DNA from: a virus
Taxonomy: Duplodnaviria > Caudoviricetes
Reading direction: 5' to 3' (one strand)
IMG/VR virus record: IMGVR_UViG_3300027777_000041
Location: 1 to 57,911 of that record
Length of the DNA stretch: 57,911 bases
Under the pieces are notes generated by a model. The model saw nothing but the letters and a program-made list of their open reading frames with translations, made no database searches and was not told the origin of the DNA. The translations under genes and the position numbers were made by a program. Shown one piece after another: positions 1-6,123 of the stretch; within the stretch, counting starts at the first letter, position 1, and each line of letters opens with the position of its first letter.

Positions 1-43
1 GGGGGGGGGGGGCCCGGGGGGGGGGGGGGGGGGGGGGGGGGGG
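1..43. other. Poly-G tract at contig end (probable two-colour sequencing artefact or unresolved G-rich terminus)
   Basis: Almost pure G run at the very start; the far end (57882-57911) is also G-rich. Confidence 0.6.
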
Positions 44-238
44 TATGCTTGGGTTGGTTTGTACATCCTAGGATGTATGGGTGTTTGATGTGCCGAAGGG
101 ACCCAAATGGGGGGGGGGTACTCAAGTTGGTTTGTAAATACTGGTTTGTGGGGAGGTTTGAAGAGGGGGGAAAAGGGACCCAGACCGGCCCGGCCTCTTG
201 CCCAGCTTGTGTTACTCCGGTCGTCGTCAAGGGTACCT

Positions 239-275
239 GAACAAAACAAGAACAAACTTAGAACAAAACAGGAAC
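239..275 (+). promoter_or_regulatory. Tandem alphaproteobacterial LexA (SOS) boxes, GAAC-N7 x4
   Basis: GAAC at 239, 250, 261, 272 with exact 11-bp period; matches GAAC-N7-GAAC (=GTTC-N7-GTTC). Confidence 0.8.
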
Positions 276-308
276 AAATGCGGAGCGCGTCAGCATGAGC
301 GCGGCTAT

Positions 309-324
309 TGTTTCACGTGAAACA
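309..324. promoter_or_regulatory. parS: parS site 1
   Basis: Perfect palindrome TGTTTCACGTGAAACA, the chromosomal ParB-binding consensus. Confidence 0.9.
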
Positions 325-335
325 TTCTGCGCGGT

Positions 336-361
336 GTTCTTGCTTTGTTCACGGTTTGTTC
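336..361 (+). promoter_or_regulatory. Tandem LexA boxes, GTTC-N7-GTTC-N7-GTTC
   Basis: GTTC at 336, 347, 358. Confidence 0.8.
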
Positions 362-382
362 TGGCAACATAAGCTTGGCCTA

Positions 383-398
383 TGTTTCACGTAAAACA
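383..398. promoter_or_regulatory. parS: parS site 2 (one mismatch)
   Basis: TGTTTCACGTAAAACA. Confidence 0.8.
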
Positions 399-423
399 TT
401 CTTGGTTTGTTCATGGTTTGTTC
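398..423 (+). promoter_or_regulatory. LexA boxes, ATTC-N7-GTTC-N7-GTTC
   Basis: ATTC 398, GTTC 409, GTTC 420. Confidence 0.75.
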
Positions 424-430
424 TGCCGGA

Positions 431-456
431 GAACAGACCAGTAACAGAACGGGAAC
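431..456 (+). promoter_or_regulatory. Degenerate LexA boxes, GAAC-N7-TAAC-N7-GAAC
   Basis: GAAC 431, TAAC 442, GAAC 453. Confidence 0.55.
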
Positions 457-479
457 GCCCCCAACACAAGCTTGGCCTA

Positions 480-495
480 TGTTTCACGTGAAACA
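480..495. promoter_or_regulatory. parS: parS site 3
   Basis: Perfect TGTTTCACGTGAAACA. Confidence 0.9.
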
Positions 496-553
496 TCGCG
501 TCAACATGAACGTGGCTTTATACTGGAGCGGTGGACACATGGCATTGTGTCAG

Positions 554-569
554 TGTTTCACGTGAAACA
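554..569. promoter_or_regulatory. parS: parS site 4, abutting the terS stop codon
   Basis: Perfect TGTTTCACGTGAAACA. Confidence 0.9.
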
Positions 570-1223
570 TTAGGAGTCTTCATGCTTTGCCGCCAATAGC
601 AGTTGGCGCAATGAGTCGCGCTGCTCTAGCGACAGATCACGGGCGGAAACGTTTAGCGTATTGTGGTTGACCGTCACTTGCGCTGGTTCATTGGCCAGTC
701 TTTCAGCGTAAACCTTGGGGGCAAGCTTTCCCGCCATTCTTAGTCTGGTATCCACTCTGAGCTTGTCCCTAGCAATAGCAGCGTGGTTAATCTCCCCCGC
801 CTTTGTCACGTCACGCGAGTCGTCATCTGCTATATCTAGACATTCCTGAAACAATGTATGCGCTGCATGTTCGCGGGCGCGCCCGTATTTTTCGGCGAAA
901 AGTGGCTCTAAAGCAATCCAGTCATAAACCGTCGATATATGCGGCATGTAATCCAGTGTCGCGCATATATTGTTCAGGCTCTGGCCGTTCGCCATGCGAG
1001 TCACTATCTCGTCGCCTAATGCTTCAGTGTATTTGATCCTAGGCTTTCCCTGTCTAGCTATTGCGTCCGCCTTGGCTCTAATCACTTCCCATGCTTGTGA
1101 CTCTTCTATTGCTTGGGCTTCATTACGCTCTTTACGGGCTTTGAGCTTTTCTTGCGCCTTGTCAGTGGACTCGCCAATGGGCTTGGCGGATTTATTGCGT
1201 TCCTGATTCATAGCAGACTCCAT
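570..1223 (-). CDS. terS: Terminase small subunit (Sf6-like)
   Basis: KYTEALGDEIVTRMANGQSL..IC...PHISTVYDW...F.EKY.RARE...IADD...RDKLRVDTR..MAGKLAPKVY pattern of Sf6-type TerS. Confidence 0.85.
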   Translation of the reverse strand: MESAMNQERNKSAKPIGESTDKAQEKLKARKERNEAQAIEESQAWEVIRAKADAIARQGKPRIKYTEALGDEIVTRMANGQSLNNICATLDYMPHISTVYDWIALEPLFAEKYGRAREHAAHTLFQECLDIADDDSRDVTKAGEINHAAIARDKLRVDTRLRMAGKLAPKVYAERLANEPAQVTVNHNTLNVSARDLSLEQRDSLRQLLLAAKHEDS

Positions 1224-1299
1224 GCTAGATAGAGTCTATATATAGCACAAAGCGCCACGGTGTGAACCATGACGCTTCATGTTATTGCTAAGTTATAGT

Positions 1300-1857
1300 T
1301 TACTTTGGGCGATACCCTGAGATTGCATTTCGCCCCTTGACAGTGATAGCACCCGCCTTGTTCATCAATTCCAATTTAATTAGGCGCGCTTTAATTGCTT
1401 CTAATTCACCCGCATCAATTCCCATGCGGCGCGCTTCATCAGCCCGCGCAAAGCTTTTATAAGCGCAAATGATATACAAAACCGTCTTTTCACATTCCGC
1501 AAGTTCACAATAATCATGAGGCACAAGCTTCACAATATCATCGGGGTGAACGTAAAACGTCAAGCCCATATCTTTCCCGCAGAATATCGAATGCTGGATT
1601 AGACAGAAGCCCGGCCTAATCTCCACTGTCTTTTCAGACCGGCTTGCATTCCAAGGCGCGCCATCCTGTCCCGGCAAAGTGGCGACAGAGCCGCTTGCAA
1701 GTGACACAGCACTAAACAAGTCCCGTGAACCCTCAGACCACAAGCCCGCATCAGCAGGTATTGTGAAGCTTGTGCAAGCCCGCGCTTTGAAAGCTTTACC
1801 TTCATAACCATGACGCAAGAAAGCCGGAACCTGATTCTTTTCAAGATGATGTAGCAT
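1300..1857 (-). CDS. Hypothetical protein, possible C-terminal winged helix
   Basis: 185-aa ORF, AGGTGA RBS; C-terminal ARRMGI...LIKLELMNKAGAITVKG. Confidence 0.65.
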   Translation of the reverse strand: MLHHLEKNQVPAFLRHGYEGKAFKARACTSFTIPADAGLWSEGSRDLFSAVSLASGSVATLPGQDGAPWNASRSEKTVEIRPGFCLIQHSIFCGKDMGLTFYVHPDDIVKLVPHDYCELAECEKTVLYIICAYKSFARADEARRMGIDAGELEAIKARLIKLELMNKAGAITVKGRNAISGYRPK

Positions 1858-2035
1858 GTTTCACCTATTGCTTTGCTTGTGCTTGTTTCTACCTTTACAG
1901 TGTCGTCTATTAAGCCGATTCAGTCTAATCGTTTATTCCGATAATTGCGCCGCTTTCCATCGAATCAAACGATTGGAACCATATAAGGATTCGCGCTATT
2001 GTCTTTTCATAGGCAAACAACACGGGACAACGCAA

Positions 2036-2281
2036 ATGCACTACGCACAAGACCACCTAAAGGAAATTGCCCGCAAGTCAATACAGGCGTCCGATGATCT
2101 TGCCTGTATGTTCATGCACATTGCAGACATTGACGCGAAACAAGCGCAAGACCTTGTGCAATTCTACATTCGAAAAAAGCTTGTTAAGCTTGATTTGTGC
2201 ATGGGTCGCTATACGGTCAAACACGGCATGTATTTGGACCGTGAATTTATCGAACATGTTGTGTTGCGCGGCGCGTTCTAA
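2036..2281 (+). CDS. Hypothetical early protein
   Basis: ATG at 2036 within ORF 1856..2281. Confidence 0.65.
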   Translation: MHYAQDHLKEIARKSIQASDDLACMFMHIADIDAKQAQDLVQFYIRKKLVKLDLCMGRYTVKHGMYLDREFIEHVVLRGAF

Positions 2282-2347
2282 CATTGCAAATCAGCGCCGA
2301 TTACGGTCGGCGTCAATGTGCAATGACGCACACAATGGAGTCCAGTC

Positions 2348-2428
2348 ATGCAAGGAATCATCGAAGCGGTTATTGCCGTGGTCGCGTTGGCATGGGTCGG
2401 TGCGGTCGTCGCGCTTGCTTTCATCTAA
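2348..2428 (+). CDS. 26-aa single-TM peptide (not in ORF track)
   Basis: GGAG RBS; MQGIIEAVIAVVALAWVGAVVALAFI*. Confidence 0.6.
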   Translation: MQGIIEAVIAVVALAWVGAVVALAFI

Positions 2429-2440
2429 TAGGAGTCGGTC

Positions 2441-2608
2441 ATGCAATACATCATTAGAAAGACGGTCGGTCGGTCGGTCCAGTGGACCATATCAGAACAT
2501 CACCACAATAACGTCATAGGGTCTTATCCTACACGTAAGCAAGCGGTCATGGTTGCCCGGTTGCTTGCAGGGTGGAATGGGTCGGTCAGTGTGGAGTCGG
2601 TCAGATGA
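2441..2608 (+). CDS. 55-aa hypothetical protein (not in ORF track)
   Basis: AGGAG RBS; MQYIIRKTVGRS...SVESVR*; ATGA overlap with the next gene. Confidence 0.65.
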   Translation: MQYIIRKTVGRSVQWTISEHHHNNVIGSYPTRKQAVMVARLLAGWNGSVSVESVR

Positions 2609-2748
2609 GACAAGAAACCATTCGGTTAAAGACGTACAACGGCGCGAAACGTCGCGCCCCTTGGGCGGCGGTCATTGCCCGAATTTATGGCGGATTTATC
2701 GCCTTTGAATCGGTCGATGACTTTATAAGATGGAAGGGTCAACAATGA
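2605..2748 (+). CDS. 47-aa hypothetical protein (not in ORF track)
   Basis: MRQETIRLKTYNGAKRRAPWAAVIARIYGGFIAFESVDDFIRWKGQQ*; ATGA-coupled at both ends. Confidence 0.7.
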   Translation: MRQETIRLKTYNGAKRRAPWAAVIARIYGGFIAFESVDDFIRWKGQQ

Positions 2749-2966
2749 AAGTAGAACCAGCACCCTATAGCCTTGCTTGGTATACCAGACTCGCCAGTGG
2801 CTTATCGGTCGGTCAGCTACAGTATGCTGTCCGGGATATACACGCCACCCTACCCATATACCGTGAGCGCGACACACGCGACCCCTATGTAGCCAAGCTG
2901 TTAGCCGAAATGGACGCCTTCACTAGCGAAATGACACTTAGGAAACGTAAAGGGAATCGGTCATGA
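2745..2966 (+). CDS. Hypothetical early protein
   Basis: ATGA-coupled chain. Confidence 0.7.
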   Translation: MKVEPAPYSLAWYTRLASGLSVGQLQYAVRDIHATLPIYRERDTRDPYVAKLLAEMDAFTSEMTLRKRKGNRS

Positions 2967-3193
2967 AACATGAAACAATCACGCCCGGACATGCGGCATA
3001 CATCGAAGATTGTGCTCGGAAACCTAAATACGATACAGGCGAATTGCGCCGGTCATGGGAAATCCTAGATGACCTGACACGCTGGTCATGGGAGCGTGAA
3101 CCCACGCCCCGCGACTGGTCATCATTTCCTAAAGAGGAAATTGGCATTTCGGAGCAGTCCGCATGGTACGACACTAGTGCGGAGCTTGCCTGA
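2963..3193 (+). CDS. Hypothetical early protein
   Basis: ATGA-coupled; 76 aa. Confidence 0.7.
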   Translation: MKHETITPGHAAYIEDCARKPKYDTGELRRSWEILDDLTRWSWEREPTPRDWSSFPKEEIGISEQSAWYDTSAELA

Positions 3194-3293
3194 GATAATC
3201 AATATACGCCACAATAGCAGCGGCTCCCATCAAAAGAGCCGGTGCTACAAAAAACATTAGCATAGCAATAGCAAGAATGGCTTCATCGGTCAT
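3174..3293 (-). CDS. Possible 39-aa membrane peptide, antisense to the early operon
   Basis: MTDEAILAIAMLMFFVAPALLMGAAAIVAYIDYLRQAPH fills the gap between + genes. Confidence 0.4.
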   Translation of the reverse strand: MTDEAILAIAMLMFFVAPALLMGAAAIVAYIDYLRQAPH

Positions 3294-3413
3294 GGTCGGT
3301 CGGTCCTTTGGTCGGTCGGTCGGTCGGTCAATGCGCTTGCATTGCATCGGTCGGTCGGTCATCGGTCGGTCGGTCATAGGTCATAGGTCATAGGTCAACA
3401 TAGGAGATCGGTC
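3287..3413 (+). repeat. (GGTC)n / ATAGGTC short-repeat tract
   Basis: About 19 GGTC copies in ~127 bp in runs of 3-5, with a central CAATGC-gctt-GCATTG inverted repeat. Confidence 0.9.
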
Positions 3414-3414
3414 A

Positions 3415-3639
3415 ATGGCAAAACGATATTTCATCGAAGCTTGTAATGAGCCGCGTGGAGAAGGCAATGGGTGGGATTTATGTACTGATAGTGAAGCTAA
3501 ATGCTTTATGGTATGGGAGGTTACGGATGGCCTGATAGAAGAATGCATAAGCACTTTTCTTACACGTAATGAATCAGAAAAATACATCGGTCGCATTATA
3601 AGGGAATCGGTCAATGGCATGGGTAAGGATGACAGATAA
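3415..3639 (+). CDS. Hypothetical early protein
   Basis: AGGAG RBS; 74 aa. Confidence 0.7.
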   Translation: MAKRYFIEACNEPRGEGNGWDLCTDSEAKCFMVWEVTDGLIEECISTFLTRNESEKYIGRIIRESVNGMGKDDR

Positions 3640-3907
3640 AGAGAGGACGCCAAAGTTTGGTGATCCTTATATGATACAGGTGGTCTGTAGGTCAGATGCA
3701 GAAGCAGATGAAATAGAAGGACTCGCCAGTGCAGACCCGCGTTGGTCAAGAGTAATTATCATGGCTTCACGGGTCTATAAGCGCGCCGATATACCCGATA
3801 GGGTGGTCGAAACAATCACAGCGGAACAGTTTCGGTCAGGCGGTTTCCCCGTTGACCGGGCTGGAGTCATCGGCTACACTTTACCAGTCTCAAACAAAGG
3901 GGGTTAA
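3629..3907 (+). CDS. Hypothetical early protein
   Basis: Overlaps the previous stop; ORF 3614..3907. Confidence 0.65.
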   Translation: MTDKERTPKFGDPYMIQVVCRSDAEADEIEGLASADPRWSRVIIMASRVYKRADIPDRVVETITAEQFRSGGFPVDRAGVIGYTLPVSNKGG

Positions 3908-3908
3908 T

Positions 3909-4133
3909 ATGCATACGCAACATCTTCAAATTACAGACACAGACGGTGACACCATTACGTTCTGCTTTGACAATGATAGCAAGCAAATCGAAGTGGTCAG
4001 TTCATGTGATGATCTTGAAGCTTCGGTCGTCACATACATCAACCGCAAAGAAGTGAAGGCGCTTCAGTCGTTTCTAGACATGTTTACCGCACATATGTAC
4101 CGTCTTGAATCATTTGATGGAGACGACCTGTGA
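3909..4133 (+). CDS. Hypothetical protein, paralogue of 4130..4360
   Basis: HLQITDTDGDTITF...EVKALQSFLD resembles QLEVMDDDGDYMTF...DIREIKNFLD. Confidence 0.7.
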   Translation: MHTQHLQITDTDGDTITFCFDNDSKQIEVVSSCDDLEASVVTYINRKEVKALQSFLDMFTAHMYRLESFDGDDL

Positions 4134-4360
4134 GATCACATCAGCTTGAAGTCATGGATGATGACGGCGATTATATGACGTTTGAAACCAACAGTGCGGA
4201 TCCGGGTGCAGTTGCAATCTCTTGGACCGCTAAACTGACCGATGGATCTTTCAAACAAATTGCTTCGCTTATGTTCGATATTGACGATATTCGGGAAATC
4301 AAGAATTTCTTAGATATTGCCTGTCGAAATCACATAAAGTCCGAACTGTTTGCGGACTAA
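4130..4360 (+). CDS. Hypothetical protein, paralogue of 3909..4133
   Basis: GTGA overlap; followed by a terminator. Confidence 0.7.
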   Translation: MRSHQLEVMDDDGDYMTFETNSADPGAVAISWTAKLTDGSFKQIASLMFDIDDIREIKNFLDIACRNHIKSELFAD

Positions 4361-4362
4361 AG

Positions 4363-4386
4363 AAAGGGGGCTACGGCCCCTTTTTT
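4363..4386 (+). terminator. Rho-independent terminator
   Basis: GGGGC-TACG-GCCCC hairpin plus T run. Confidence 0.8.
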
Positions 4387-4389
4387 CTA

Positions 4390-4418
4390 TTGACCCGCAA
4401 AGTGATTCCTGGCATATT
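4390..4418 (+). promoter_or_regulatory. Sigma70-like promoter
   Basis: TTGACC-N17-CATATT upstream of ORF 4451. Confidence 0.6.
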
Positions 4419-4450
4419 GTCAGTGCCACAAAGGCAACAGGAGAAACCAA

Positions 4451-4675
4451 ATGTACTATCTTATCAATGACGACTCTGAAATGTCTTTTGCCCAGCAAAT
4501 CGCAATATGCGACACTTTTCACAACATCGCCAATGCCGTGCGTCGGGCAGACGCCCTCAAAACTAAGACCGGCCTAAATTGGTCTGTCGTTAAACTGGAA
4601 AGCGTTTATACAACACAGACTTTGCATGAAGCTATGCTTAAGTCTCCAGACGTTCCGATGATGGAACGGGCCTAA
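4451..4675 (+). CDS. Hypothetical protein in its own promoter-gene-terminator unit
   Basis: AGGAG RBS; flanked by two near-identical terminators. Confidence 0.75.
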   Translation: MYYLINDDSEMSFAQQIAICDTFHNIANAVRRADALKTKTGLNWSVVKLESVYTTQTLHEAMLKSPDVPMMERA

Positions 4676-4680
4676 CAGGG

Positions 4681-4704
4681 AAGGGGGCTACGGCCCCCTT
4701 TTTA
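4681..4704 (+). terminator. Rho-independent terminator at convergence point
   Basis: AAGGGGGC-TACG-GCCCCCTT plus T run. Confidence 0.8.
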
Positions 4705-5581
4705 TTTTGTGTATGTCGTTCCAATCGGTTCCCGGCAAATCAGGTATTCTAATCTCTACACCCAACTTGAACTGAACAGCAAGCCTATTGGCAAGCCGAT
4801 AGGCCGCAGCCTGACCTGTATAATTTAGGTCATTGTCGCCAAATACATACACAACCTTGGCAATTTCAGGCGGAACCCACTTAGCCAACAGGTTGGCGTT
4901 TACACATGCCCAAACTGGCATATCAAACAAGATGCTGGCGCTGATCGCAGTTTCAATGCCCTCTGCTACCCCCATAATGCCAGCAGCGGGCGCAAGCCTA
5001 ATGGCACAACCCTCTGGCAAGCTGCCCGGCAAGACCTTTCGATTAGGGGTTATGTCAGCCTTTTGGCCATCTTTGGTCAGGTAGGTCACATGTAAATTCA
5101 CTGGCTTGTCGTCTGATCCAGCGATCTTGGCGATCAGTGCTATTTTGTCGCACCGCTCTCTAAGGGCTTTAGAAGGCCACTGGCAGCCAAAACGGTTCTG
5201 TAGGTAAAGAGATACCGGGGAACCCTCTTCCGGCTCTACGGCCCCGTCCCAGACTGATTGCATGAGCCTTCGCTGATCGTTTTTAGGCTTGGCTGAATGT
5301 TGCTGGTTCAAAGTATTGGATATACCCAGCTCACATGCGATGGAATCAGCCACCTGTCGGAAAGACTTGCCAGTGACTTTCATCGCCAATGTGAACCCAT
5401 CCCCAGCACCACACTGGGAACAGAAGAAAGATCCAGAACCATCCCGATCATCAAATCGAAACCGATCTGTTCCGCCGCACACAGGACAACTGACGTGCTT
5501 TCCCGTCAAAAACCTTGTGTCTATGCCAAGCGCCGGTAATAACTCCCGCCACCTACCACGCGCCGCATCAGGTATTTTCAT
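4688..5581 (-). CDS. DNA primase (P4 alpha-type Zn ribbon plus Toprim)
   Basis: CPVCGGTDRFRFDD...CSQCGAGDG; GVAEGIETA; FGDND; DWND. Confidence 0.9.
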   Translation of the reverse strand: MKIPDAARGRWRELLPALGIDTRFLTGKHVSCPVCGGTDRFRFDDRDGSGSFFCSQCGAGDGFTLAMKVTGKSFRQVADSIACELGISNTLNQQHSAKPKNDQRRLMQSVWDGAVEPEEGSPVSLYLQNRFGCQWPSKALRERCDKIALIAKIAGSDDKPVNLHVTYLTKDGQKADITPNRKVLPGSLPEGCAIRLAPAAGIMGVAEGIETAISASILFDMPVWACVNANLLAKWVPPEIAKVVYVFGDNDLNYTGQAAAYRLANRLAVQFKLGVEIRIPDLPGTDWNDIHKIKRGP

Positions 5582-5786
5582 CTTTGTCCCCTAAAGAACA
5601 ATCTGTTGTCTCTAAAGCCTCCAAAATAATCGTTCGGGCCAATATATTAGCTCCCCAATCGCCAAGGCTAAGAATCTCCTTGAGGGCGTTTTCCAGTTGT
5701 TCAATTCGAACAGTAGCAGCTTTCAATTCTGAAAGCGCATCTTGCACTACATACTCCAATTCTGAAACGTAATCGGGGTCAATCAT
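5568..5786 (-). CDS. Small coiled-coil cassette protein
   Basis: RIEQLENALKEI...ALE motif shared with the cassette family. Confidence 0.65.
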   Translation of the reverse strand: MIDPDYVSELEYVVQDALSELKAATVRIEQLENALKEILSLGDWGANILARTIILEALETTDCSLGDKDENT

Positions 5787-6123
5787 CTTTCCCCTCCAGT
5801 GCGTTGACGCCTAATTTACGGTTACGAGCTTCCTCAAAATCCGCCTCAGTCATCAGCGCATTGTTGGCGATGATGATCCGATTTAGGAGCAGCGAGTGCA
5901 TGTCAATCGCGTCTTGGGGCGTAAAATCGGGATACCGGTAAACCCCCTCGGGGTCCGCCAACGCGATTGGCCGCCCAAGTTCCCGCAGCGCCGCCTCCAG
6001 CCTTTCGATGCGGTCGGCGGCTTCGTGTCGCTCTGACCATAGCACAGTTCGCGCTTCGCGGTGGCGCTGTCGATCTCCGGGCAGCTCATCTGCGCGCAGT
6101 CGTTTCACAAGATCATCGCTCAT
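5779..6123 (-). CDS. 'MSDDLVKRLR...LEAALR...ALEGKDD' cassette family protein
   Basis: Conserved N-terminal, middle and C-terminal blocks shared with neighbours. Confidence 0.75.
   Translation of the reverse strand: MSDDLVKRLRADELPGDRQRHREARTVLWSERHEAADRIERLEAALRELGRPIALADPEGVYRYPDFTPQDAIDMHSLLLNRIIIANNALMTEADFEEARNRKLGVNALEGKDD

Noticed and set aside
1-43. Poly-G as a real genomic feature
   Set aside because: Long terminal G runs are a common two-colour chemistry artefact; cannot be trusted without reads
49-298. ORFs 49..240 and 107..298
   Set aside because: Low-complexity translations of G-rich and LexA-box DNA with no convincing RBS
239-569. CRISPR array reading of the repeat-spacer pattern
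   Set aside because: Repeats are 16-bp parS palindromes with irregular 74-97 bp spacing, the spacers are themselves repetitive, and there are no cas genes
3294-3377. MTDRP-repeat N-terminus of ORF 3174..3377
   Set aside because: Simply the antisense reading of the GGTC tract
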